A stretch of DNA of 32,440 bases from contig JAQICK010000097.1 in NCBI GenBank assembly GCA_027858595.1, forward strand, positions 1 to 32,440, given 5' to 3'. Position numbers and translations under genes: made by a program. This document shows positions 1 through 8,570 of this stretch, piece after piece. Below the pieces are notes generated by a model. It made no database searches, was not told the origin of the DNA, and was given only the letters and a program-made list of their open reading frames with translations. Every line of letters begins with the position of its first letter. The stretch's first letter is position 1. This DNA is from Melioribacteraceae bacterium. GTDB taxonomy: Bacteria > Bacteroidota > Ignavibacteria > Ignavibacteriales > Melioribacteraceae.

Positions 1-733
1 CATCTTCAAACAAAACAAATATAAAATTTACTTTTTTCAGTTCATCAAGAATAGGAATGAAATTTAATTGAAAGCTAATTGATGTATTTAAGTCATCAGT
101 TATACTTTGAGAAGATATAGGTTCTTTTGTAGCAATAGCTTCATCAAATAGCTCGGAAATTATATCATCATATTTGCCATTAAAAATCTGTTTTATCGAT
201 TGATATTTTCTATTAAATATATTGTTGTGCGATTTTAACGAGCCAATTGGAGGGGAATAGATTACCTCACCTCTACTATTTAGAATCATAAAGTAATCAG
301 AAATAGATTTTACAAACTTATTGAACAACTCATTTTCTATCACTTTATCGGGAGTTAAAGTTAAAGGAACTTTGAAATCTTCAAAAATAAAGATTGCACC
401 TTTGAAAAGTCCATTTTCTAGATTTGGCGAAGCTTTTAGAATTACTGTGATTTCATTTCCATCCAAGGTTAATTTAGAAGTTAATTCGGCTTCAAACGGA
501 ATTCCGTTTGTAAGCTCTTCTAAATCATTTTTAATTCTCGGGGAGCTGAAGAGAGGCAAAACATCTATTTTTAATCCAATTAACTCATTAACTGAACTTG
601 CAGATGTTAACTCGAACTGAAGTGATGTTTCATTAGCATTATTTATTACTAAATTAGCATCAACAGTTATTATACCAACTGGTGCGTTTAAAAATAGATT
701 ATCCAAAAGGTCCTCGGATAAATTTTGTTGCAC
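1..733 (-). CDS. PAS-domain sensor/signalling protein, N-terminal part (3' end runs off the left edge of the window)
   Basis: The minus-strand frame is open from the window edge up to an in-frame stop at 767-769. It is absent from the ORF track because it has no stop inside the window. Translation from GTG 733 reads VQQNLSEDLLDNLFLNAPVGIITVDANLVINNANETSLQFELTSASSVNELIGLKIDVLPLF..., which looks like the start of a PAS fold. There is no ATG near the 5' end, so the start (GTG 733 or TTG 706) is uncertain. Confidence 0.5.
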   Translation of the reverse strand, partial: MQQNLSEDLLDNLFLNAPVGIITVDANLVINNANETSLQFELTSASSVNELIGLKIDVLPLFSSPRIKNDLEELTNGIPFEAELTSKLTLDGNEITVILKASPNLENGLFKGAIFIFEDFKVPLTLTPDKVIENELFNKFVKSISDYFMILNSRGEVIYSPPIGSLKSHNNIFNRKYQSIKQIFNGKYDDIISELFDEAIATKEPISSQSITDDLNTSISFQLNFIPILDELKKVNFIFVLFED

Positions 734-910
734 TTTTTTCTCTCTTTCTATTTCGCTTAAACGATGTTAATAGTTTAAACATTATTAATATACTTTTAAC
801 AAAAACTTTCGACAAAAATCATTCCAACTATTTTGTCCTTTTTCAACGGAAACACGAAGAATAATAGTTATAATAAGCATCATTTCGAGAGAAATGTAAT
901 ATTTTAAGAC

Positions 911-943
911 ATAAAAAGATAGCGAGCCAAGAGACTCGCTATC
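911..943 (-). terminator. Intrinsic terminator downstream of pckA
   Basis: Perfect 9-bp stem GATAGCGAG (918-926) / CTCGCTATC (935-943) with an 8-nt loop. On the minus strand it is followed by TTTTT (911-917 region), 25 nt after the pckA stop. Confidence 0.7.
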
Positions 944-967
944 AATACAAGAAATATAATTTACAAT

Positions 968-2569
968 TTATATTTGAGGTCCGGCTGCAACAAGCGATTT
1001 GCCTTCGTCATTATCTGTATATTGTGCAAAGTTTTTGATGAATAACTCTGCTAATTCATTTGCTTTTTTATCCCATTCTGATGCATCCGAATAAGTATCA
1101 CGTGGGTCAAGAATTTTAGTGTCAACATCATGCAATGCAAGTGGAACTTCTAAATTAAATACAGGCATTACTTTCGTTTCAGCTTTTTCAATTGAACCAT
1201 CAAGAATAGCGTCTATAATTCTTCTAGTATCTTTAATTGAAATTCTCTTACCTGTACCATTCCAACCGGTATTAACTAAATATGCTTTTGCGTTATTCGC
1301 ATCCATTTTTTTCACCAATTCTTCACCATATTTTGTTGGATGAAGTGACAAGAAAGCCGCACCAAAACATGCCGAGAAAGTTGGCTGAGGAGTTGTAACA
1401 CCTCTTTCTGTTCCAGCTAATTTTGCTGTAAATCCAGAAAGGAAATGATATTTAGCTTGTTCGTGATCTAATTTAGAAACAGGAGGCATAACACCAAAAG
1501 CATCTGCTGTTAAGAAAATAACTTTATTTGCGTGTCCACCTTTTGAAACTGGTTTAACAATATTATCAATATGATAAATGGGATAAGAAACACGAGTATT
1601 TTGTGTTACTGAACCATCATTAAAATCAATTTTTCCATCAGCATCAAGAGTTACATTTTCTAATAATGCATCACGTTTTATTGCATGAAAAATATCTGGC
1701 TCAGAATCTTTATCTAGATTAATAGTTTTTGCATAACATCCGCCTTCAAAGTTGAAAACACCATTATCATCCCATCCATGTTCGTCGTCACCAATTAATT
1801 GACGATGAGGATCTGTTGAAAGAGTTGTTTTCCCTGTTCCAGAAAGTCCAAAGAAAATAGCTGTTTCTCCATTTTTGCCAACATTGGCTGAACAGTGCAT
1901 CGATGCCATCCCTTTAAGTGGAAGATAGTAATTCATCATAGCGAAAATACCTTTTTTCATTTCGCCACCATACCAAGAACCGCCTATTACCTGCATTTTT
2001 TCAGTTAGATTAAAAACTGTAAAATTTTCAGAATTTAATCCATGTTTTTGCCAATCTGGATTTACTGTTTTTGAACCATTCATAGAGACGAAATCAGGTT
2101 CACCATAATTTGCTAATTCTTCCTCTGTTGGTCGGATAAACATATTTTTAACAAAGTGGGCTTGCCATGCAACTTCCATAATAAAACGAACTTTTAATCG
2201 AAAATCACCACTAGTACCAGCAAAAGTATCTACAACATATAGTTTTTTGCAAGAAAGTTGCTTGCTAACTAATTTTTTAAGATCCGTCCACACTTCGGTA
2301 GTTGTGGGTTTATTATCGTTTTTCGCTTTATTTGATGTCCACCAAATTGTGTCACGTGTTACATCGTCTTCAACAATAAATTTATCTTTGGGCGAACGTC
2401 CGGTAAAAATGCCGGTCATCACATTTACTGCACCAAGTTCAGAAACTTGTCCTTTTTCGTATCCTTCAAGATTTGGATTTGTTTCATGGTCGTATAGTAG
2501 TTCGTAAGATGGATTATGGAAAATCTCTACTGAATCTTCAATTCCATATTTTGATAAATCAAGAGACAT
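968..2569 (-). CDS. pckA: Phosphoenolpyruvate carboxykinase (ATP)
   Basis: ORF 968..2614. It carries the ATP-PEPCK kinase-1a loop [11 protein letters not shown] and is similar to Pck family proteins along its whole length. I prefer ATG 2569 ([10 protein letters not shown]...) because GGAG lies 5 nt upstream; the track start at 2614 is a TTG extension. Confidence 0.95.
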   Translation of the reverse strand: MSLDLSKYGIEDSVEIFHNPSYELLYDHETNPNLEGYEKGQVSELGAVNVMTGIFTGRSPKDKFIVEDDVTRDTIWWTSNKAKNDNKPTTTEVWTDLKKLVSKQLSCKKLYVVDTFAGTSGDFRLKVRFIMEVAWQAHFVKNMFIRPTEEELANYGEPDFVSMNGSKTVNPDWQKHGLNSENFTVFNLTEKMQVIGGSWYGGEMKKGIFAMMNYYLPLKGMASMHCSANVGKNGETAIFFGLSGTGKTTLSTDPHRQLIGDDEHGWDDNGVFNFEGGCYAKTINLDKDSEPDIFHAIKRDALLENVTLDADGKIDFNDGSVTQNTRVSYPIYHIDNIVKPVSKGGHANKVIFLTADAFGVMPPVSKLDHEQAKYHFLSGFTAKLAGTERGVTTPQPTFSACFGAAFLSLHPTKYGEELVKKMDANNAKAYLVNTGWNGTGKRISIKDTRRIIDAILDGSIEKAETKVMPVFNLEVPLALHDVDTKILDPRDTYSDASEWDKKANELAELFIKNFAQYTDNDEGKSLVAAGPQI

Positions 2570-2652
2570 TTTTACTCCTTGTCTATATTTTTTGAAAATT
2601 ATTTTACGTATCAAAGCTACTTAAAGTAATTGAATTCTTAATAATTAGAAAG

Positions 2653-2675
2653 CATATAAACATAATGTTTATATG
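2653..2675. promoter_or_regulatory. Candidate operator palindrome upstream of pckA
   Basis: CATATAAACA-taa-TGTTTATATG, perfect 10-bp arms with a 3-nt spacer, 84-106 nt upstream of the pckA ATG. A TAgcTTTG box (minus strand, 2612-2619) lies between it and the start codon. Confidence 0.25.
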
Positions 2676-2797
2676 TGCATTATATTCCAACTAAATATCA
2701 TTCTAATAAATTGGCAATCATAAAAAGATTAAGATCTCTTGTTTCAAAAGGAACCTGCTTATTCAAGATTTTAAGCAATTAAAAAAATTTAGAATTA

Positions 2798-3796
2798 TTA
2801 TTTTCTGTAATGCACTAGGCTAAACCAATGGTTATCATCAGTAAGTATTTTTTCAACATTTAGCCCTGCCCAGCTTCCAAATTTACTTATGCTTTCTTCA
2901 CTAAATTTATGTGAATTCTCAGTGTGAATTGTTTCACCAGTCTTAATATAAATTCCATCTTTTCCAGAATTGGAAGTAATAATCATATCGTTCTTAGCTT
3001 TCAGATGCATTTCAATTCTTTCTTTTTCTCTGTCATAAAATGCAAGGTGCTCAAAATCAGCAGAATTAAAATTTGTCCCCACTAAGTTATTTACAACATT
3101 TAAAATATTTAAGTTAAACTTAGCTGTAATATATTTTGAATCGTTATATGCTTTCTCCAAAACTTCTATATCTTTTACCATATCCATTCCGAGTAAAAGA
3201 CAATCACCGCTCTCCATTTCTGAGCCTATGAGTTTTAGAAATTCTTCAATTTCTGAAATATTCATATTGCCAATTGTGCTACCAAAGAAACAGAAAAGTC
3301 TATTGCCCGATTCAGGCACCCAGCTTTTTTGATGAATATAATCAGCAACAATTCCATTTATAACTATTGATGGAAACTCTTCGGCTAATATCTCCGATGA
3401 TTTCTCTATAGCAGACTGACTAATATCTATTGGATAATATTTAATACCAGCTAAATCATTTTCTGGAATTTGACTAATTAGTAATCTAATTTTTGAAGCA
3501 TCGCCACTACCAAGTTCAATAATTGACATATTGGAAAAATCTAAATCCAGTTTTTGACCAATTGTTTGAATAATTGATTTCTCTGTACGAGTTGGATAAT
3601 ATTCATCCAGCTCTGTGATTTCCTCAAAGAGTTCAGAGCCTCTTGGGTCATAAAAAAACTTTGGGGAAATATATTTAGGATTTTCTTTAAGTCCTTTTAA
3701 TATCTCATCTTCTACTTTTTCAATACCAAGTTGAGGTAAGTGGTTTTCAAGATTAGTAACTACATCTGTATTTATTGTTTGTTCTGTATAATTCAT
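2798..3796 (-). CDS. egtD: SAM-dependent L-histidine N-alpha-methyltransferase, EgtD/EanA family (hercynine synthase)
   Basis: 332 aa with the EgtD hallmarks PKFFYDxRGSELFEEIT, EYYPTRTE, ELGSGxxxK, FFGSTIGN and ERIEMHL. It is collinear with mycobacterial EgtD as I remember that sequence. Confidence 0.85.
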   Translation of the reverse strand: MNYTEQTINTDVVTNLENHLPQLGIEKVEDEILKGLKENPKYISPKFFYDPRGSELFEEITELDEYYPTRTEKSIIQTIGQKLDLDFSNMSIIELGSGDASKIRLLISQIPENDLAGIKYYPIDISQSAIEKSSEILAEEFPSIVINGIVADYIHQKSWVPESGNRLFCFFGSTIGNMNISEIEEFLKLIGSEMESGDCLLLGMDMVKDIEVLEKAYNDSKYITAKFNLNILNVVNNLVGTNFNSADFEHLAFYDREKERIEMHLKAKNDMIITSNSGKDGIYIKTGETIHTENSHKFSEESISKFGSWAGLNVEKILTDDNHWFSLVHYRK

Positions 3797-3832
3797 TTTT
3801 AGTCTTCATATTATAAAATTAGTCTTAATACT

Positions 3833-4117
3833 TTAATCGCTTACTACTTTAACACCTTTCCAAAATGCAACATGATTTTTAATTTGCTCTGCTTTCTCTT
3901 TAGGATTAGGATAAAACCACGCTGCATCTTTGTTGGTCTTCCCATCAACTATTAGACTGTAATATGATGCTTCTCCCTTCCATGGGCATATGGAGTGCAT
4001 ATCACTATTTTCGAAATATTTATTATTTATAGAATTTACTGGGAAATAGTGATTATTTTCAACGACTACTGTTTCGTTGCTCTCTGCTATTATTTTGTTA
4101 TTCCAAATTGCTATCAT
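3833..4117 (-). CDS. DUF427 domain protein
   Basis: The sequence MIAIWNNKIIAESNETVVVENNHYFP...CPWKGEASYY...AAWFYPNP...FWKGVKV matches the DUF427 pattern. The ORF-track start at 4183 would run into a repeat element, so I prefer ATG 4117. Confidence 0.75.
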   Translation of the reverse strand: MIAIWNNKIIAESNETVVVENNHYFPVNSINNKYFENSDMHSICPWKGEASYYSLIVDGKTNKDAAWFYPNPKEKAEQIKNHVAFWKGVKVVSD

Positions 4118-4160
4118 TGTAATTCCTTTGTTTATTGAGCATTTGTAAAATAGTTTTAAT

Positions 4161-4272
4161 GTCATGCCATTTCGAACCAGCATTTTGGGAGAGAAATCTT
4201 ACTAAGCAATTGTTCGCATGCGATTTCTCAATCGTCCCGACAAAAAGAAATCGGGACTCATTTCGAATTACA
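4161..4272. repeat. GTCAT-module intergenic hairpin element (copy A)
   Basis: 4161-4200 reads GTCATgccaTTTCGAACCagcaTTTTGGgaGAGAAATCTT. This is about 80% identical to the reverse complement of 12587-12620. Internal inverted repeats are GAGAAATC (4191-4198) / GATTTCTC (4222-4229) and GTCCCGA (4234-4240) / TCGGGAC (4251-4257). Confidence 0.55.
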
Positions 4273-4289
4273 GATTCCATTGGTGAAAT

Positions 4290-5576
4290 TTATTCTGGCA
4301 CTCCTGTTTCATAAGGATTACTTGGGTCGTTACTCCATTCAAACCATCCACCATCGAATACTGAAACTCTTGGCCAACCCATTAGCCAGGCATTGTAAAA
4401 AGCTTCACTTCCTCTCCATCCAGTTCCGCAATAAAATGCTAAGTGCTTATTTGGAGTTATACTTGCACCCTTCCAAATTTCTTCAATTTCATGAAACTCA
4501 CGAGTTGTATGATCCAGATTTCTGTAGTTCTCCATGTGGTAAGCATCAGAACCACAATTTCCAAAAATTGCTCCTGGAATTCTTCCTTTCTTTTGGATGT
4601 AATTATATCCGCTTACTTCGCCAATAAATTCTGGCCAACTTCTAACCGAAACTAATTCTGCATCCTGCGATTTAAGCATTTCTTTCGCTTCTGGAATATC
4701 TACAGCAAGTTCAGGTTTGCTTGGAATATCAACTCCAAAATCGGCGACTGGAGTTTTAGAAATATCATCCATAGTTATTTCGTATCCTGCATCTTTCCAT
4801 GATAGAAATCCACCATTTAAAACTCTTACGTCTTTAACACCAGCATGCATCATAATAAATGCATTACGTATTGCACCAATATGACCGGCAGCACTACCTG
4901 GAAAATCATGATCATTATCAGGCTTCATGAATTTTCCGTATAAAATCACTGTTGTATCAGCAGTAATTCCGTGTTTCTCCAAGGCAAGTTTCAATTCTTC
5001 AGGAGAGCGTCTATTCCAAGTTTCGGGTGCCTCGAGAGCAAGCGTATCCAGATCAATTGCTCCTGGAATATGTCCAGAAAGATAAGCATCTCTATTTCTG
5101 TAATGAGCATGGACAATTACTGTTTTATTTCCTTTATGTTCAGGGGGTGTTCCACCATCAACAATTGTCTTAACCCAAGATGGATGCACAAGATGTTTAT
5201 AGCGTTCTAGTTTTTCCATTGGTAAATTTTCGTTTGCTGCCCACTCATTTACAAAATGGTTATATAACCTTATATCTTTGTATCCATTGATATTAAATGC
5301 TTCTGCTACTTTCATACTCTCTTCAAAGTTGTATCCGTAAACAATAATTTTATGTTCAGGTAAAATATCTTTTGTGCTAACTATTTCAGCCCAATCTATA
5401 TAATTAGTCCATTTTGCAGGTATGGCTTTTGCACCTTTGATGTGCACACCTCTAGTTTGGTTCTCATGCTGCCAGCCGTTGTAGGCATCCATTGAACGAA
5501 CATCAATAATTTTTATATTTTTATTATCTAATATATCTGTTAATTCTTTTGTTGATATTTCGACAAATTCTGTCAT
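4290..5576 (-). CDS. eanB: Multi-rhodanese sulfurtransferase, YnjE/EanB type (candidate anaerobic ergothioneine synthase)
   Basis: 428 aa with repeated rhodanese modules and a C-terminal active-site loop FYCGTGWRGSE. A strong SD (GGAGGAAtttATG) precedes the start. Assignment to EanB rests on linkage to the EgtD-family gene and on the absence of any EgtB-type gene in the window. Confidence 0.7.
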   Translation of the reverse strand: MTEFVEISTKELTDILDNKNIKIIDVRSMDAYNGWQHENQTRGVHIKGAKAIPAKWTNYIDWAEIVSTKDILPEHKIIVYGYNFEESMKVAEAFNINGYKDIRLYNHFVNEWAANENLPMEKLERYKHLVHPSWVKTIVDGGTPPEHKGNKTVIVHAHYRNRDAYLSGHIPGAIDLDTLALEAPETWNRRSPEELKLALEKHGITADTTVILYGKFMKPDNDHDFPGSAAGHIGAIRNAFIMMHAGVKDVRVLNGGFLSWKDAGYEITMDDISKTPVADFGVDIPSKPELAVDIPEAKEMLKSQDAELVSVRSWPEFIGEVSGYNYIQKKGRIPGAIFGNCGSDAYHMENYRNLDHTTREFHEIEEIWKGASITPNKHLAFYCGTGWRGSEAFYNAWLMGWPRVSVFDGGWFEWSNDPSNPYETGVPE

Positions 5577-5743
5577 AAATTCCTCCGTTTTTTAAACGTG
5601 TTTTTAATTTTGGTATTAAACTTTCTCGGAGAATTCTCAGAATAAGAGTGGTTGTCCGAAAACATTTTAAAATAGTTATCACTAATATCTTAAAAATTTA
5701 ATAAAGATGTTTTGTTTTAGATCCTCTGATAAATTAAGTGACT

Positions 5744-5801
5744 GTCATTTCTTCAAAAGGAATTCCCTCGAAGAGTTAGATTGACCTTTGGAAGAAATCA
5801 C
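5744..5801. repeat. GTCAT-ended intergenic hairpin (copy B)
   Basis: GTCATTTCTTCAAAAGG (5744-5760) pairs with CCTTTGGAAGAAATCAC (5785-5801): 15 of 17 positions are complementary, with a 24-nt loop. It lies 12 nt past the DUF5996 stop on the minus strand. Confidence 0.5.
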
Positions 5802-5812
5802 AATACGAAAAT

Positions 5813-6592
5813 TTATTTTGTAGAAACAATTAAATTGAAATTTTTATTTAGCAGCTCTGTGAATAATGAAAACAGAGCTGTGAATATTTCTTCTTGATTA
5901 GCTAATTGGTTTAATTTGACAACCAACCCATTCCACCCCTCTGTGTGCCACTCAGCAAATTCTGGCAATTCAATTTTTAAAAGTGTTTTGTCGAAAGGAT
6001 AGGCGGTTACATAAAAATATGGTTGCGGTATTCCTGCATCACCTGATGATAAACCAAAATTCATTTGCTCGCGCGAATAATCCCAATTAGTTTCGTCTTG
6101 CCCATCAATAAGCTTTCCAGAAAACACTAGCAATGCTAAATCGAAATGATGAGGCCAAAAGTTTATATTACTTTTTTCTTTTAATGTTGAACCCCGAAGT
6201 TTCAAAAACAAAAAATATACTTGGCGGAACAGATTCCACAATTTTGAAATTTCATACGAACTTAAAATAGCGACTAACTTTTTTGTAAACTCAGCAATTG
6301 ATGTTTGCTCAAGAGCAATTTCATCTCTGTTATTTTTGAAGAATATTTTAAGTTTATGTTCAATTAAATTTATGTTTAATTCAAGTGCTTCTATTCCATT
6401 ATCAGTTTGAATAGGAATGGAAGTGGTTGTAAATCCTTTTGCATAAACTTTTAAGCTAAACTCTTCCCAATTTTTTTGATGAGGAACCAGTTTCCCTTTT
6501 ATAGCACTAATCAATTGAGCATATATTTGAATAGTGTCTCTTGTTTTAGCAAAATTATTATATTCTATTTGCGGCAATATTATGATTTCCAA
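5813..6592 (-). CDS. DUF5996 family protein
   Basis: 259 aa. The N-terminal pattern (TRDTIQIYAQLISAIKGKL...KNWEEFSLKVYAKGFTTTSIP) and the C-terminal pattern (HFDLALLVFSG ... PYFYVTAYP) match my recollection of DUF5996 proteins. It starts 16 nt downstream of the preceding gene. Confidence 0.65.
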   Translation of the reverse strand: MEIIILPQIEYNNFAKTRDTIQIYAQLISAIKGKLVPHQKNWEEFSLKVYAKGFTTTSIPIQTDNGIEALELNINLIEHKLKIFFKNNRDEIALEQTSIAEFTKKLVAILSSYEISKLWNLFRQVYFLFLKLRGSTLKEKSNINFWPHHFDLALLVFSGKLIDGQDETNWDYSREQMNFGLSSGDAGIPQPYFYVTAYPFDKTLLKIELPEFAEWHTEGWNGLVVKLNQLANQEEIFTALFSLFTELLNKNFNLIVSTK

Positions 6593-6608
6593 TTTTTAAA
6601 CTTCCTTA

Positions 6609-8552
6609 TTATATTAATTCGACATCAGCCATAACTTCAACCATCGAAGGTCCACTGTGTTCAATGGCTTTCACTATTGCAGATTCTAAATCTTCCTTTT
6701 TTGTTACTCTAATCCCATATGCACCACAATTATTTGCATATTCAGAAAAATTGGGATTAACTAAATCAGTTTCCCAAACATTAAATTCATCAGCTTTTTG
6801 CTCTTTGGATATTTTTCCAAGTTCATTATTGTTTAACAAAATATGAGTGATATTCATATTATATTTTACAGCAGTTGTTAGTTCGGCCAAATATTGAGCA
6901 AATCCACCATCGCCAGTAATAGCTATTATTTTTCTATTTGGTTCTGCCGCAAAAGCTCCCATTGCTGCTGGATAACCAAAACCAATTGATCCAAGATAAC
7001 CTGACATAAGTATTGATTGGTTTTTACACTCAAAATATCTTCCAAAAGAATAAGCATTGTTTCCAACATCAACGGTTATAACTGCATTCTCTGGAACAAC
7101 ATTACTTAGCACCTCAAAAATTAGAGCAGAGTTTAATCCATTGCCATTGTCATCCTTTGTTCTGCTCGATTTTTCATCTCGCCATATTTTCCAACGTGAT
7201 GCAATATCATCACGTATTTTTGAATCGCCGGAATGTTGAATTAATCCGTTATTTAAAATATCAACAGTTGTTCCAATTTCTCCCCAAACCGGAATGTCAA
7301 CTTTATGAAATTTCCCAAGTGCCATCGGATCAAAATCAACTTGAATTATTGGTCGGAATGTAGCAATACCAGTATGATTAGAGAATGATGCTCCCAAAAC
7401 AATAATGAGATCCGAAGCATTCATAAAGTAGCTTGCAATCGGTGTTCCACTTCTTCCCAAAACTCCACACGCCAATGGATGAGAATCTGGAACTAATCCT
7501 TTTCCCTTAAATGTTGTAATTATCGGAGCTTCTATTTTCTCGGCAAACTTAATAATAGAACTCATATTAAACTTAGCTCCATTGCCAAGAATAATACACG
7601 GACGCTTCGCCGTTTTTATCTTTTCCATAGCATCTTTAACTGAACTAGCGGGAGGAGTTATTCTTAAATCAGTCAATCTTCCTTCTGGAGATGATGCAGG
7701 AGTTTCATCGCCTACTTCAATTTCTTGAACTTCGTTTGGAAATATTAAATGGGCAACATCTCTTTTTAAAATTGCATTTTTAAGTGCAAGCGTCATCAAC
7801 TCAGCATGTTTACTGGATGGCAAAACTGTTTGGCTCCATTCTGCAACTGAACTGAAAGCAGAGGATAAATTAACTTCTTGGAAAGCACCTGGACCTAAAA
7901 CTTGTGTATCAACTTGCCCAGTTAATGCAAGTATTGGAACTCTATCAACCTTTGCATCCCATAAACCAGTGAGCAAATTAGTTGAACCGGGACCAGCTAT
8001 TGCAAAGCATGCAGCGGGTTTTCCAGTAAGTTTTGCATAACCAGATGCTGCAAATGAAGCAGCTCCTTCGTGACGAATTCCAAAATATTTAAGTTTTCCT
8101 AACTCTACTTGTCGTCTTATTGCATCAGCCAATCCAAGATTTGAATGTCCGACCATACCGAAAACTGAATCAACTCCCCAGTTAATCATTGTTTCAACCA
8201 TTACATCGGATACAGTTTTAACGTGAGGTTTCTCTTCTTCAATTCCAATAGAGATGTTATCTTCATTCACTTCAATTGGATAAGTTGTAACTAAATCATC
8301 AAGTCCAGCCGGTGGTTTACCAGTGCAAGGATGATATTCATAACCGTGCCAAGGACAACGGAGCCATCCTTCTTCAATGGAGCCTTCGCCCAATGGGCCG
8401 CCTTGATGCGGACAGTGGTTATCAATTGCACGGAACTTTCCTTCAAACAAAGAAAGAGCAACAGTCTTTGTGCCAGCAGTTACAGTTTTTACACGACCTT
8501 CTTCAAAGTCACTAACCTTAGCAACCTTATACCACTTAATGATTTTTTCCAT
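6609..8552 (-). CDS. Rieske [2Fe-2S] domain fused to a thiamine-diphosphate enzyme (pyruvate oxidase / acetolactate synthase-like)
   Basis: The N-terminal ~105 aa carry CPH-x17-CPWH (all Rieske ligands present). The rest is a three-domain ThDP enzyme (GMVGHSNLGLADA..., IAGPGSTNL) with the ThDP motif GDGGFAQYLAELTTAVKYNMNITHILLNNNELG. Confidence 0.85.
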   Translation of the reverse strand: MEKIIKWYKVAKVSDFEEGRVKTVTAGTKTVALSLFEGKFRAIDNHCPHQGGPLGEGSIEEGWLRCPWHGYEYHPCTGKPPAGLDDLVTTYPIEVNEDNISIGIEEEKPHVKTVSDVMVETMINWGVDSVFGMVGHSNLGLADAIRRQVELGKLKYFGIRHEGAASFAASGYAKLTGKPAACFAIAGPGSTNLLTGLWDAKVDRVPILALTGQVDTQVLGPGAFQEVNLSSAFSSVAEWSQTVLPSSKHAELMTLALKNAILKRDVAHLIFPNEVQEIEVGDETPASSPEGRLTDLRITPPASSVKDAMEKIKTAKRPCIILGNGAKFNMSSIIKFAEKIEAPIITTFKGKGLVPDSHPLACGVLGRSGTPIASYFMNASDLIIVLGASFSNHTGIATFRPIIQVDFDPMALGKFHKVDIPVWGEIGTTVDILNNGLIQHSGDSKIRDDIASRWKIWRDEKSSRTKDDNGNGLNSALIFEVLSNVVPENAVITVDVGNNAYSFGRYFECKNQSILMSGYLGSIGFGYPAAMGAFAAEPNRKIIAITGDGGFAQYLAELTTAVKYNMNITHILLNNNELGKISKEQKADEFNVWETDLVNPNFSEYANNCGAYGIRVTKKEDLESAIVKAIEHSGPSMVEVMADVELI

Positions 8553-8570
8553 TTCTATTCCTTTAATATT

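Noticed and set aside
321-864. Plus-strand ORFs 321..620 and 682..864 from the ORF track
   Set aside because: ORF 321..620 lies antisense to the much longer open minus-strand PAS-domain frame. ORF 682..864 overlaps that gene's start and promoter region. Both have low-complexity translations with no recognisable motifs, so I treat them as shadow ORFs.
1119-2507. Plus-strand ORFs 1119..1343 and 2247..2507 inside pckA. The same applies to the other short antisense ORFs inside long genes: 4280..4627, 4443..4655, 4971..5210, 6664..6846, 7057..7363, 8312..8633, 9251..9666, 10558..10761, 11248..11448, 11588..11896, 13389..13907, 14051..14278, 14733..14951, 16245..16463, 17543..18268, 18642..19213, 19610..19843, 22699..22890, 23418..23618, 24183..25205, 25682..26024, 26777..27628, 28717..29855
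   Set aside because: All of them overlap confidently assigned genes on the opposite strand or in another frame. They are Ser/Leu/Phe-rich antisense translations typical of AT-rich DNA, and none has an RBS or family motifs.
4098-4280. Minus-strand ORF 4098..4280 and the 22-codon 5' extension of the DUF427 ORF (4118..4183)
   Set aside because: Both read through repeat element copy A. The DUF427 homology begins at ATG 4117, and the 60-aa ORF has no motifs and overlaps that start.
5629-5638. Short palindromes in promoter regions: GAGAATTCTC (5629-5638), TGTCAAG-ag-CTTGACA with tandem TTGACA hexamers (10323-10349), TGCAAA-atta-TTTGCA upstream of the MarR gene (15129-15144)
   Set aside because: Arms of 5-7 bp are expected many times by chance in 32 kb of AT-rich DNA. 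The TTGACA hexamers have no properly spaced -10 partner in either direction. They are not reportable without comparative support.
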